Shown: in pieces, positions 11,405 through 22,724 of the stretch
Numbering within the stretch: position 1 is the stretch's first letter
How the letters are laid out: each line of letters begins with the position of its first letter
NCBI GenBank assembly: GCA_963797555.1
Contig: CAWCPV010000003.1
Location: forward strand, 160,001-224,000
Direction: 5' to 3'
Length of the DNA stretch: 64,000 bases
Source: an uncultured Gammaproteobacteria bacterium
Lineage (GTDB): Bacteria > Pseudomonadota > Gammaproteobacteria > CAWCPV01
Position numbers and translations under genes: made by a program
The notes under the pieces: model-generated
What the model saw: the letters and a program-made list of their open reading frames with translations, nothing else
Databases searched by the model: none
Told to the model about the DNA's origin: nothing

Positions 11405-12078
11405 GACGTCGCCCCGGCCATCCGGTCCCCGGCGGTCGCGCTGTCGCGCACCCGCCTCCGCCCACTCGATCCGCTCCCACACCTCCCGCGGATCGAAGCT
11501 CGCCTGCATCGCGGCGAGCACGAAGACCAGCCCCCCGAGCGCGAACAGCGCCACCCCCGGGATCACCGTCGCGTAGCTCCGCGATCTTGATGAGGGCGAC
11601 CAGCACGCCGAGCATCATGACCTCGATCATGCTCCAGGTGCGGGTGGTCGGGTGATGGCGCAGCAGCGTCCCGACCCATCGCGGCGCGCGTTCGCGTGCG
11701 CGCCCCGAGCACGATCGCCAGCATGAAGCCGATCTGCAGCGCCGGCGCGATGACGACGGTGAAGAGCACCAGCGCGGCGACGATCTCCTGCCCGTCCTCC
11801 CAGAGCTGCTCGGCGCCTCCGAGCACCGTCGTGAAGGCCTCGCGCCCGACGGCCGTGAGCCCGAGCATGGGAACCGAGTTCGCGAGCACGTAGAGCAGCG
11901 CGGCCGCGAGCGTCAGCGCCAGCGTCCGGTTGAGCGAGTCCTCACGCCGGCGCCAGAGCTCCTCGTCGCAGCGCGGGCAGCGTGCCGACGCGCCCGGCGC
12001 GAGATCCGGCAGGCGCTGCAGCAGGTCGCAGTGCGGGCAGGCGATCAGCGAGGGATCAGGTAGGGGCTGATTATACAA
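11401..12078 (-). CDS. pqiA: paraquat-inducible protein A, first gene, frameshifted
   Basis: IACPHCDLL..ARCPRCD, WSMIEVMMLGVLVALIKIAE, SFDPREVWERI spread over three frames. Confidence 0.85.
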
Positions 12079-12513
12079 GCGCTGAGGGAACGCGCCGGGC
12101 GATCCAATCGCTCGACGCAGTTAGAGAAGCGCAAGACGCGCCGTACGGACGCTATGGTAGTCTGGGGGGAGGGCGTTAGCAAGCACGCCCCTTGGGCCAA
12201 CGCTCGGGCTCGGGGAAGGCCGAGAGTCCGTTGACGAGCCAATGGCGTCAAACCAATGCGCTTGGGCGCCTCACCGCTGCCGGTGCCGGCACTGACCAGG
12301 CCGTCCAGCAGGGCAGGTGCAAAGCTTCGTCGGCGTGACAGCGGCATAGCGGATCTGGCGAGAATCGCCATCACCTGTTAACATACGGCGGCGCACGCCG
12401 CTCCGCGGCGATCGCGACGGACCGGGCGCGATGCAGCCCGAACTGAGGTGAACACAGTCGGCGGGGCGCGGTCGGATGGCGTGACTTCCGCGCATCCCCG
12501 AAGGAGCGAAACA

Positions 12514-13152
12514 ATGAAGAAGTCATTGCGGTCATCGTTGATCCTTGCGCTTTCCTTGGCATCGACCTCTATCTACGCCCAGGGTATGTACAGTCAGGGA
12601 CCTGGTCTCGGAAACGGGCAAACCGGTTTCAAGGTCGATTACTTCAGCTTTACCAACAATGCCTTTCAGAATAACAACTTGGGCGACGGCGTGTACATCG
12701 GATACGAAGCATACGGTGCCGTGATGCCGAACTTCTATCTGGGAGGGGAAGTGGGTTGGACAGGCCCATCGAAGGACGAGACCTTCGTGTTTCCCAGGGA
12801 AACCATCGACATCCATACCGATCTGACCTACGTTCCGATCGAGGTGAATTTCAAGTATGCGGCCGAAGTATCCCCCCAATTGGTTTGGGACCTGGGCGCC
12901 GGTTTTTCATATAACTACTTTAACGCCAATGTCCATTCGGGCGGCCTGTCTGCAAATCAGAGTGACTGGGTGTGGGGCGGACAGCTCTTCGGGGATCTGA
13001 CGTATAAGCTGGGCAACCAATGGTATGTGGGCCTCAATGCCAAGTACCAGGTCGCCCAGGATATTACGCTTCACGTCAGCGGCACGGACGTGGTGACAAA
13101 TACGGCCGCTACCAATTGGAGAATAGGGGGTCAAATTGGCATGAACTTCTAA
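12514..13152 (+). CDS. outer-membrane beta-barrel protein (OmpA/OmpW-like, 8-stranded)
   Basis: AAGGAG RBS, signal peptide, alternating aromatic strands, C-terminal Phe (GQIGMNF). Confidence 0.8.
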   Translation: MKKSLRSSLILALSLASTSIYAQGMYSQGPGLGNGQTGFKVDYFSFTNNAFQNNNLGDGVYIGYEAYGAVMPNFYLGGEVGWTGPSKDETFVFPRETIDIHTDLTYVPIEVNFKYAAEVSPQLVWDLGAGFSYNYFNANVHSGGLSANQSDWVWGGQLFGDLTYKLGNQWYVGLNAKYQVAQDITLHVSGTDVVTNTAATNWRIGGQIGMNF

Positions 13153-13171
13153 TTCCAGAGGTGCACCCAAA

Positions 13172-16100
13172 TCAATCCTGTTCATCCTCCCCGGCCGACT
13201 GGCCAGGCGAGTGACAACTGCGCGGTCGGCGGCGAGCGCCCGTGCGCGAGCCGCCGCCCAGGTGCCGGCCAGCGTAAGGACCGGCCTCTCCGGTCCGTTG
13301 CTCGAACTCCGTTGCATTCATGGGTCGGAAGAAACACCTTCGGGTCCGGCGCGCGTTGGGCATCCGCGGCGGCGCGGTTTTCCACAGAAGAGCGATGTCT
13401 TCGTCGGTGAGTCCGTATGCCTGGTTGATGAGGTCCGACAGGCGGTGCTCCAGGCTCTGGATCTCCGCGGCGCGCTGGCGTTCGGGGACGGCATAGCCCT
13501 GGTGGGTCTTCATGAGCTCGGCGATGGCCGCCGGGGTCAGGTGCGAGGCGCCATTGGGGCGCCGTTCGCGGACCTCGGCGACGAAGTCGTCTGCGGTTAG
13601 CTCGGCGAAAGCTTCCAGCTTCTGGCCCGGTTTCTCGACGCCGAGATCGAAGCGCAGCCAATCGAGCAGCTCGCGGCTATGTTCCTGGGCCTCGCGGGTC
13701 AGCTGGATCAACGCGGGTGACGCGCTCCTCGACCTCGCGGCGGATCGCCGGTATCGGTTCTGCGATCGGTAAAGACTCGGTGAAGGAGTTGAATAGGCGC
13801 AGTGCCTCGTCTTTTCCGTGCTGGGCATTGCGCCACATGAATGCCCACAGGAGCGGCGAGTTCATGGCCGCGAGCGCAAAAAGGTCCTGCGTCATCCACA
13901 GGTAGCACGTGTTTACGAAATAGAGCGGCTCCCGGCACAGCGCAAACTGTGGGCGCCAAGCGATGTCCGTGTGCACAATCTTCGGCCGCTCGAAGGCGTC
14001 GTAGTAATCGCACGAGCGCAGCTCCCACCAAAACCGGCCCTGGTCCTGCCGCTCGATGAGACGGGCCTCGAACTGTTTCAGGTGCCGGTGCAGGCTCGGG
14101 AAGGTCCGACCGAATACCGCTTCCGCATCCTGTCCCGAGGCGCTCCAAGGCCAGTCGTAGTCGCCGCTCGACTTCAGCACGATCATCCAGAGTCGCTGCC
14201 ACGCCGGCACCCAGCGCTTGATGTCCTGCCCCCGCAGATACGGCTTGATGATCCCGGCACAGCCCGGGTCGTCGCGGATCAGGTCGAGGCGGGTCGCGTC
14301 GTCGATCAGGAATGCCTCGTTGAGGCCGGTCTTGATGCCATACATCGGCTTGGCGCCGACGAACTGCGTGAGAGGAACGCCGCGATCGCGGAGCTTCGCC
14401 ATCAGCGTATCCACCGCGGGTGGTTCCAGGCTCCAGGGTCTCGCGTCGTAACGGTTCCAGGGGACGGGATAGCCGTGCTCCTCGACGTACTGGTCCAGCG
14501 AGAGCGCGGTGGGCCGATCGCGCGGGACCCGACAGACGCGGACCTGCGCCCCGTCCGACTCGTCCGCCGCGGCGGGTGGCCGCGGTGGGCGACGATGATG
14601 CAGGGGAAGGTGTCGGCGTCCTGGAAGATCGGCGCGTGACCGAAGTCGGTGATCTCCTCGAATTCCGCGCGCTCGCTGAACAGCCTGCGCAGCGGCTCCC
14701 CGTAGCCGGCCCGCAGCCACTTGTTGCTGACGATGTAGCTGAGCTTCCCGTCGGGCGCGAGCAGCTCGAGACCGCGCTCGTAGAAGTAGACGTAAAGGTC
14801 GGCGACGCCGTGGTAGCTCGCGTAGCGCTGCGCGAAGTAGGGCTTGAAGGGCCCAAGGCTCTCTTGCCGCACATAGGGCGGGTTGCCAACGACCACATCG
14901 AAGCCGCCGCGGCCGAACACCTCGGGAAACGCCTCCCGCCAGTCGAAGGGGCGCGTGTCGGGCGGCAGCGCGGCGAAAGCCACGGCCAGCTCCGGCCGGG
15001 CCTCGGCCCGCGGCGGCTCGATCAACGAGTTGCCGCAGCGGATGTTGTGATCCAGGTTGCTGAGCGGCTTGTCGCGGCGGGCAGTCTTCAGCCACAGACT
15101 GAGCTTGGTGATCTCGACGGACTCGCGGTTCAGGTCCACGCCGTAGAGATTCTCTTGCAGGATCTGGCGGTCGAGGTCGAACAGACCCATCTGCCCCGGC
15201 TGACCGGTGAGCTCGGCGATGTTGCGGTTGACGCGCCCATACTCCCCGAGCAGGTAGTCGAAGACGGCGACCAGGAAGGCACCGGAGCCGCAGGCAAGGT
15301 CTAGCACCTTGATGCCGCGCAGCACCTCCAGGTAGTCCAGCCACACCTTGAGGCGCGTCTCTTTCGCCATCGGCCCCGGTTTGCCCGTGCGGCGTCTGGC
15401 TTCGAGATCGGTGAAGCGCTCCTCGAGCCAGCCGCCGAGGGTGCGGGCGACCATGAAGCGGGTGATGAACTCGGGCGTGTAGAAGATTCCTTCCCGCCTG
15501 CGCCGCGAGCGCTGCTGGTCGGCGACCCCGCCGCGGATCTCGGCGCGAATGCCCTCCAAGTCGCTGATGGACTGCTCGAAGATGTGGCCGAGAATGTTGA
15601 CGTTCAGGTCTGTCTCGAAGTCGTACCCGGCCAGCGCCAGGACGCCTTCCAGGCTTTCGTCACTGACCAACAACGCGTCGAGCGCCTCGTCCTTGGCGAA
15701 CAGGCCGCCGTCGTAGCCGTGGATCTGCATGGGCGGATATCCGCGGTCCACGGCGTCGAACAGTCCGCGGAGCTGCTGCCAGCGCGTGACCTCCACGAAC
15801 CCCTCGGTCTTCGCCGTCAACGCCCGGCTCAGAACCCGCGCCGGGAGGAGTCCCGTGTCCTCGCAGAAACAGATGAACAGCACCCGATCGAGAATCTTCT
15901 GGGCGTGCTCCAGCAGCCGCCCCTCGTGAAGCTCGGTAGCCTCGCCCCCGCGCGGCGGGTTGTCGCGACGAAGCTGATAGAACAGGTCGAGGCGCAGGTC
16001 GCGGTAGAAGACATAGAACGCCTTGGTGATCCGCTCCTCTTCCACATGGGTGTGGCCGGCGAGCCGATCGACCGGGCTTTCGGCATCCGGCGTCGGGCCG

Positions 16101-16702
16101 AGGAGGGTCTCGCGGCCCAGCAGGAAGACGAACTCCTGGAGCCTGTTGTCGTTCGCGAGGTCCGCAAGGCCGAAGCTCTGGCAATACCCCTGTCCCCGGT
16201 CGGTGCGGTAGATGCGCAGGCTCGTGAAGTTGCTGAGGATCACCCAGCGGCAGCCGTCCACCTTGGCGGCATAGCCGAATGCCTGCTCGACCGGCGTCAG
16301 ATTGCCGTAGCTCGCGCCCTGCTTGGCATCCAGGTCGGCGCCGGGCGCCTTGAGTTCCAGCACGGCCCGGGTGCGGTCGAGCTTTTCCGAGAACCAGCCC
16401 AGACGCGCATCGGGCGGCCGGTAGCCCTTCACCTGCGTGGAGCTGGTCTCCGGCTCCATGAAGTGTGTGCCATCGGAGCCGACAAGCTGCCGGTAGCCGA
16501 GGAGGCGATCGAAGATCTCGCTCAGGAACTGGCCCTGAAGGGGCTTCTCCTTCTGTCCAAGCAGCGCGCCGGCGGCGGCACTGGCGGCCCAGCCCGCAGC
16601 GAGCTTATTCTGCTCCTCGTCGATCTCCGGCGGCATAGCGCGCAGCGCCTCTGCGAGTAGCCGCTGGTTGAACAGGGGCTTGAGGTGATCGGTAGCGCTC
16701 AC
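13172..16702 (-). CDS. type IIG (Eco57I-like) restriction-modification enzyme with N6-adenine methyltransferase, frameshifts near 14570 and 13715
   Basis: N-terminal PD..ELK nuclease motif, GIFYTPEFIT, VLDLACGSGAFL, FDVVVGNPPYVRQE, TaqI-C-like GIKTGLNEAF..KPYLRGQDIKRW, C-terminal YGLTDEDIALL; 3' end uncertain. Confidence 0.85.
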
Positions 16703-16881
16703 ATGGTTCCCGTCGCCGCGCGTATCGCAAGTCGCTGGCGGCGCGGCACCGCCTCGGAGGCTATCCTAGCCCGAGGGCGAGTCCGGGGACAGCCGTTGTT
16801 CGGGTGAGATCTGATAGGAAAAGCATGCTATAAGCTGTCGTCCGTCCCCGGGTTACCGTGCGATCCAACCATACAGGCCGA

Positions 16882-19401
16882 ATGACCTTGAAGAAACTCG
16901 ACAGATTGCGACGCACTGCGCAGGGCGCGCTGGCCATCGCCCTGGCTGTCGCCTCGTTCCTGGCGGCACCCCCCGGCGAAGCGACAGGTCCATCGACGCC
17001 GGAACCCGTGCAGTCCCCGGCGCCTCCGCCCGCAACGGCCATCCCGCAGGCGGAGGTCGCAAGCCGAGCCGTGGAGGTATCGGATCTGCTCCGCACCTTG
17101 ACCACGAATTCGGCGCCCAGCCCCGAGATCGAGACGATCCAAAAGTCGCTTGCGGAGGTCAGCGGCCAGATCGACCGGGAATTCGCGCGGACCAGGAACG
17201 CCCTCCGGGGGCAGCCGACTTTCGAGACGCTCCAGGCACAGCAGCAGGCGTGGCACCGGAGGCAGTTGCAGGCGACCGGCTGGCTGAACCAGATTACGAA
17301 GCGTGCCACCGACCTGCGGGAGGCGCTGAGCCACTTGGCGAGCCTGCAGACCACGTGGACCCGTACCCGTGACGCCGCGCAGGCGGCGCAGGCGCCGGGG
17401 CCGATCCTCCAGCAGATCGAAACGGTGCTGGCCGCGATTGGGGCGGCGCAGGCGCCTCTGCGAGCACAGCAGGATGCGGCGCTCGGCCTCGAGAGCAGCG
17501 TCGCCAGCGAAGTGGCCCGGTGCGGTGACGCGTTATCGCAGATCGCCCAGGCCCAGCGCAGGGCCGTAGGCGGGCTGCTGACGCGCGAAAGCCGGCCGAT
17601 CTGGAGCGTCGAGCTGTGGGTGAGGTCACGCACCGAGGGACCTGCCCGGCTCCGCCAAAGCGCCGCCGACCAGTGGGCGGACATCGAGCAGTACGTACGC
17701 GATCCGTCTCAGGGAATGCCGCTGTACGTCGGGCTTTTCGTGGCGCTGGCGATGCTGTTGGGCGCGGCGCGACGACGGGTCCGGCGGTGGGCAGCGGCCG
17801 GCGAGGGCCTCTCCTTCACCACCGCAGTGTTCGATCACCCCTACGCGGCGGCGTTCACTGCCACCCTGCTCGTCGTGTCCACTCCCAGCTTGCCCATGCC
17901 TCCGGTGGTGCGTCACCTTTTTGTCGTGCTGGGACTCGTGCCGATGATCCGGCTCACCCGGCCGGTGGTCGCCCCCCTTCTGATTCCCGGACTCTACGCC
18001 CTGGGGGTCCTGTACGTCCTCGATGCGGTCCGGCAGGCCTTAGGCGGCATACCGCTGCTGGAACAGGCGCTCCTGCTGGTGGAAACGCTCGCCGGGATGG
18101 CGGTGCTGGGGTGGTCGCTGGCCTTCGGAAGCCTGCGGCGCTCCTCTGCTTCAGTAACAGGGTCGGCGCGGTCAGGGGTGCTCCGGGTGGGCGCCGCCGT
18201 CATTCTCGTGGCCCTGGCCGCCGGGCTGGTGGCTGGAGTCCTGGGATACTTGCGCCTGGCGCGACTCCTGGTATCCACCGTTCTCGGCGGCGGTGTCCTG
18301 GCGCTGGTACTGTCCGTCTCCGTCCAGGTGCTGGGCGCCGTGCTGGCGTTCGCCCTCCGCGTGCATCCGTTACGGCGCCTGCAGTTGGTCCAGCACCATC
18401 GTGACCTGCTGGAACGCCGCGCTTATCGCGTGCTGATCTGGCTGGCCATCGGCGGCTGGTTGGCCCGCTGGCTGGACTACCTCGGATTGTTCCACCCGGC
18501 GCTGTCCTTCCTGGCAGCGATACTGGCGGCCAGGTTCGAGCGGGGCTCGGTCAGCCTCTCCCTGGGCGACGTCGTCGCCTTCGTGCTCACCGTGTGGGTG
18601 GCGTACCTGCTGTCCGCCTTCATCCGCTTTGTGCTGCAAGAGGACGTGTACCCCAAGAAAGGGATCCCGCGCGGCGCGTCCTATGCCTTCTCCAGCCTAC
18701 TTCATTACAGCATTCTCGCCCTCGGGTTCGTGGTGGGGCTGGGGGTGCTGGGCGTGGACTTCACCAAGGTGAGCGTCCTGGTCGGTGCGTTCGGCGTGGG
18801 CCTCGGCTTCGGGCTGCAGAGCGTGGTGAACAACTTTGTCTCCGGACTGATCCTGCTGTTCGAGCGGCCGGTCCACGTGGGCGACATCATCGAGGTGGGC
18901 GACCTGCAGGGCGAAGTGCGCCGCATCGGTATCCGCGCCAGCACGGTGCGCACGTGGCACGGGGCCGACATCATCGTGCCCAATGCGCAGTTCATCACGG
19001 CCAATGTGACCAACTGGACGCTCAGCGATCGGTTGCGGCGTATCGATCTGCCGGTGGGGGTCAGCTACGGAGCCGCGCCGAGGCAGGTGATTGAATTGCT
19101 GGAGACAGTGGCGCGCGCCAACCCGCGAGTGTTGCGGGATCCGCCGCCCCGGGGTCTTTTCATAGGCTACGGGGACAGCTCGATCGACTTCGAGTTGCGG
19201 GCGTGGACGGACCAGTTCGCCAACTGGCAGCAAATCCGGAGCGAGCTGGCCTCAGCCGTGTATGATGCGGTGTACGCGTCGGGGCTGTCGTTCCCCTTTC
19301 CCCAGCGCGAGGTGCGCCTGCTGCGCGACTCCAAGGCCGGGGCCTCACGATCCATCCACCCGGAGAATGACACGGCACCGCCGGGCGGCAATGAGGGGTA
19401 G
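16882..19401 (+). CDS. large MscS-family mechanosensitive channel (MscK-like)
   Basis: Periplasmic coiled region, many TMs, GVGLGFGLQSVVNNFVSGLILLFERPVHVGD, IIVPN, VTNWT, SFPFPQREV. Confidence 0.9.
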   Translation: MTLKKLDRLRRTAQGALAIALAVASFLAAPPGEATGPSTPEPVQSPAPPPATAIPQAEVASRAVEVSDLLRTLTTNSAPSPEIETIQKSLAEVSGQIDREFARTRNALRGQPTFETLQAQQQAWHRRQLQATGWLNQITKRATDLREALSHLASLQTTWTRTRDAAQAAQAPGPILQQIETVLAAIGAAQAPLRAQQDAALGLESSVASEVARCGDALSQIAQAQRRAVGGLLTRESRPIWSVELWVRSRTEGPARLRQSAADQWADIEQYVRDPSQGMPLYVGLFVALAMLLGAARRRVRRWAAAGEGLSFTTAVFDHPYAAAFTATLLVVSTPSLPMPPVVRHLFVVLGLVPMIRLTRPVVAPLLIPGLYALGVLYVLDAVRQALGGIPLLEQALLLVETLAGMAVLGWSLAFGSLRRSSASVTGSARSGVLRVGAAVILVALAAGLVAGVLGYLRLARLLVSTVLGGGVLALVLSVSVQVLGAVLAFALRVHPLRRLQLVQHHRDLLERRAYRVLIWLAIGGWLARWLDYLGLFHPALSFLAAILAARFERGSVSLSLGDVVAFVLTVWVAYLLSAFIRFVLQEDVYPKKGIPRGASYAFSSLLHYSILALGFVVGLGVLGVDFTKVSVLVGAFGVGLGFGLQSVVNNFVSGLILLFERPVHVGDIIEVGDLQGEVRRIGIRASTVRTWHGADIIVPNAQFITANVTNWTLSDRLRRIDLPVGVSYGAAPRQVIELLETVARANPRVLRDPPPRGLFIGYGDSSIDFELRAWTDQFANWQQIRSELASAVYDAVYASGLSFPFPQREVRLLRDSKAGASRSIHPENDTAPPGGNEG

Positions 19402-19467
19402 GCGGGAGGGCCGGAGGTTTCCCAGGAGGCACGCAAACCAGGAAAAGGAAGTGACGCTTAACCGGGG

Positions 19468-19680
19468 GGCTCTTCGTGAATCGTGCGGGTAGCAGGGGTT
19501 CTGTGGGTTGCTCGCCTGAGGCTGCGACCGCAAGATCATGTGTTTGCGGACAAGCACCACAGAGGAGTTTCGAATGTCGATGGACCATGCCTGTTCACCG
19601 CCGCCATGGGGCTGTCCGCCCCTTGGGAAGTGGTGGACGTCCGGTTTGATCTCCAGACGAACCCGATCGATTGGGAGGCA
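19468..19680 (+). mobile_element. ISL3-family left-end remnant
   Basis: GGCTCTTCG end motif at 19468, AGAGGAG RBS, then LFTAAMGLSAPWEVVDVRFD, resembling ISL3 transposase N-termini. Confidence 0.55.
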
Positions 19681-19914
19681 TGGCGGCAAGCACGCTCGCA
19701 AGCAGCAGAGCGAGCAGCCGCCCCACTGCCCTTGTATTCACACGTCTTCTCCATGACGGAAACGAATAAACGGCCAGTCCCGAGCGGGACTCGCCATGGG
19801 TAGCCATGGTCTTCGTTACTCGCTCACGGGGTTGTTCCGCTGGCCTTCCTGTCCTGCGTAACGAGCCTCTCCTCTCCGGTTGGCGACGAGGTTATCGTGG
19901 CCTATGTTCGCTGT

Positions 19915-20397
19915 ACTCCATCCTCGAGGATGTGGAAATTCGTTCCCCCTCCCTGCGGGAGGGGGACAGGGGAGGGCGATCAATACGATGGCGCGCAGCA
20001 CGATTTCCAAGCACCTGCGAAAGAACATGACCGACGCCGAGCGTATGCTCTGGGAACGGCTGAGGCGCAAGCAGATGAAAGGCTACAAGTTCCGACGTCA
20101 GTGCGCCATCGGCCGTTACGTCGTTGACTTTGTCTGCCTGGAAAAAGGGTTGGTGATCGAGGTCGATGGTGGCCAACACGCCGTGCAGCGCGAGGGGATG
20201 GGGCACGCAGCGCGTGGCTGGCCACGCACGGCTACCAGGTTCTTCGCTTTTGGAATCACGAAGTGCTGCGTGAAACTGAAGCGGTGTTGGAAACCATACA
20301 GGGTCACCTTCTGTAGCCTTTTAGATCGCCCTCCCCCCACCCCTCCCGTCGGGAGGGGAGCGGTTCCAGTGCCATGCTCTGAATGGTGGGACGAAGT
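19915..20397 (+). repeat. DUF559 cassette copy 1 (direct repeat of 63512-63997) with ~35-bp hairpin-containing inverted repeats
   Basis: Near-identical to 63512-63997; arms CCCCTCCCTGCGGGAGGGGGACAGGGGAGGGCGATC and GATCGCCCTCCCCCCACCCTCCCGTCGGGAGGGG. Confidence 0.9.
19988..20316 (+). pseudogene. DUF559 / Vsr-like endonuclease, frameshift near 20195
   Basis: LRKNMTDAERMLW, KFRRQ, YVVDF, IEVDGGQH, then GYQVLRFWNHEV in a shifted frame. Confidence 0.85.
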
Positions 20398-20522
20398 TGT
20401 GAATCGCCCTTGCCATAGACTGGGAGAAGCCCATGCGGGCGGGCTTCGCCGTAGTCTTCATCAGCCGTTGACCGCAGTGCATTCAAGGCATATGCTTTGA
20501 CATATGCTATGCACCTGAGGAT

Positions 20523-20771
20523 ATGAGGATGGGTGAGATCGAACGTCATGTCCGTTTGTTCCGCAACGGCCGCAACCAGGCCCTGCGCATTCCACGCGAG
20601 CTCGACCTCGAGGGAGATGAGGCGATTCTACGTAAAGAAGGCGACCGCCTGATAGTGGAGCCCGTCCGCCGGGGGCGGCTACTTGCGCTGCTCAGCACTC
20701 TCGAACCCCTGGACGAGCCCTTTCCGGACGTGAACGAGGATTTCGCGCCGCTGGACGATGTGGACCTCTGA
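20523..20771 (+). CDS. vapB: VapB/VagC (AbrB-type) antitoxin
   Basis: LFRNGRNQALRIPRE..LRKEGDRLIVEP; directly upstream of a PIN toxin. Confidence 0.9.
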   Translation: MRMGEIERHVRLFRNGRNQALRIPRELDLEGDEAILRKEGDRLIVEPVRRGRLLALLSTLEPLDEPFPDVNEDFAPLDDVDL

Positions 20772-20773
20772 AC

Positions 20774-21181
20774 GTGCCACTGCGTTACCTGCTGGACACC
20801 GACATCCTCTCGGATCTCATCCGACATCCACAGGGAATGGTGGCCAGCCGGCTTGCCTCAGCAGGCGAGGACACAGTCTGCACCAGCATCGTCGTGGCGG
20901 CGGAGCTTCGCTTCGGAGCCCAGAAGTCAGGCTCTCGGAAACTCGCGGACCGGATTGACCTGATTCTCTCGGCGTTGGACGTCCTGCCGCTCGAACCGCC
21001 CGCCGACCGTCACTACGCAGAGATCCGCCAAGCGTTGGCGCGTGAGGGCATACCCATCGGTCCCAATGACCTCTTGATCGCAGCGCACGCTCTCGCGCTG
21101 GGTCTGACGGTGGTGACGGCGAATATGCGGGAGTTCTCCCGAGTACCCGGCCTCCAGGTGGAAGGCTGGCTCGGCAAGTGA
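20774..21181 (+). CDS. vapC: VapC PIN-domain toxin
   Basis: YLLDTDILS, AELRFGA, IGPNDLLIAAHA, VTANMREFSRVPGL. Confidence 0.92.
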   Translation: MPLRYLLDTDILSDLIRHPQGMVASRLASAGEDTVCTSIVVAAELRFGAQKSGSRKLADRIDLILSALDVLPLEPPADRHYAEIRQALAREGIPIGPNDLLIAAHALALGLTVVTANMREFSRVPGLQVEGWLGK

Positions 21182-21393
21182 GCCTGGGGTCCAGTCACCC
21201 GACGACCACATCTCAAAACGTCGCTCCCAATCTCACGCCAGCCCCTCGGGGCCGGGTCTTTCCTTCGTCGTCCCCTGACATCCGCCTCAACGCACGGCAA
21301 GACCGCTCCGCCTGGAACTCGGCGGTGCACTCGCCTAGCATACTTCGGCCTTCACGACTCCCGCTTCACAAGACTGCGACTAAGGAGCCAACA

Positions 21394-22485
21394 ATGAAAC
21401 TCGCAACATCCGCAGGCCGCCTGCTGGCCGTGCTGACCGTTGCCTGCCTTGCGTCCGCCGGCTGCGCGGCGCTCGGGCCCACTGCCATCAGGAGCGGGCG
21501 CGCGGCGTACAACGACGCCATTATCGCCACCAACAACCAGCAGGTGCTGGCGATGATCGTTCGGATGCGCTATGGGGAGCCCACCGACTTGCTGGCGGTC
21601 TCCAGCGTGACCGCCAACCTGCACGTTCAGACGAGCGCTCTCGCGCAGTTCGGCATCGGGCCGGAGAGCAACTTCGAGGGCAACCTGACTCCGCTCAGCG
21701 CTGGCATCACCTACGAAGAGAATCCCACAATCTCGTACACGCCGGTGCAGGGCGAGAAATACCTCCGCCAACTGCTGTCCCCGCTGCCCATCGATCTGAC
21801 GGTGCTCCTGCTCGGTGCCGTGGGAAATTCGCCCCAGGCCGTGACGCTCCTCTTCAGGAGCATCAACGGGATCCAGAACCCCGATTTCCTGGCGGACGCG
21901 TCGGTTCAACCCGACCCTCGATTCGCGCGCATCGCCGAGCTGCTCGCCGATCTGAGCCGCCGCGGTCAGGCCATCTGGGCGCAAGAACCGAGTGAACCCC
22001 AGTCGTATGTCCTGGCTCTGAGGGGCGAAGGGGATGCATACGCGCAGCAGGTGCGTGAGCTGTACGGATTGCTGGGTTTCGCTGCCCCGCGCCATCTCGC
22101 TGGAGTCATCACGCTGCCCATTCGGCTCGGGTTCGGCAAACCTGCAAAGGCAGCGATCCAGGTGAGGACCCGATCACTCTACGATCTCTTCGGCATCGCA
22201 GCGGCTTCCGTGGAAGTGCCCGAGGAGCAGATCCAGTCGGGGGTGGCCCCGCGGCTGCCCCCGACGGGAGCGGCCGGACAGAGCATGCGCATTCGAAGCT
22301 CGAAAGAGCGCCCCGAGCAGGCGATGATCGCAGTCAAGCGTCACGGATGGTGGTACTTCATCGACGCCACGGATACGGGAAGCAAGATGACGTTTCGCCT
22401 CCTCGATGCCCTGATATCGGTGCGGATAGCCGAAGCCGCGGAGCGGAAGGCCACACCGGTCCTGACCGTCCCGGTGTCGCGGTAG
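21394..22485 (+). CDS. conserved hypothetical lipoprotein
   Basis: TAAGGAG RBS, lipobox ASAGC, YEENPTISYTPVQGE and WWYFIDATDTGSKMTF motifs. Confidence 0.75.
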   Translation: MKLATSAGRLLAVLTVACLASAGCAALGPTAIRSGRAAYNDAIIATNNQQVLAMIVRMRYGEPTDLLAVSSVTANLHVQTSALAQFGIGPESNFEGNLTPLSAGITYEENPTISYTPVQGEKYLRQLLSPLPIDLTVLLLGAVGNSPQAVTLLFRSINGIQNPDFLADASVQPDPRFARIAELLADLSRRGQAIWAQEPSEPQSYVLALRGEGDAYAQQVRELYGLLGFAAPRHLAGVITLPIRLGFGKPAKAAIQVRTRSLYDLFGIAAASVEVPEEQIQSGVAPRLPPTGAAGQSMRIRSSKERPEQAMIAVKRHGWWYFIDATDTGSKMTFRLLDALISVRIAEAAERKATPVLTVPVSR

Positions 22486-22724
22486 TGCGATCCACCCCTG
22501 CCGCAGGCGCGCGGGAGAGGTCGGCCGCACGGTCCACTTTTTGCCGCTGTCGGCCTTCGAGTTGACCGTGATGGCCGGAACACCGTCGACGTAGGTCTCG
22601 CCCTCGCTGGCTGCGGTACGAACCGCCAATGGGGTCTCTGGTGTACACGAGCCAATCGGGTGGCGCCCTGCGGCGTCGAGTATTAACATACGCACCACTT
22701 CGCAACACACCGAAGGAAATACTC

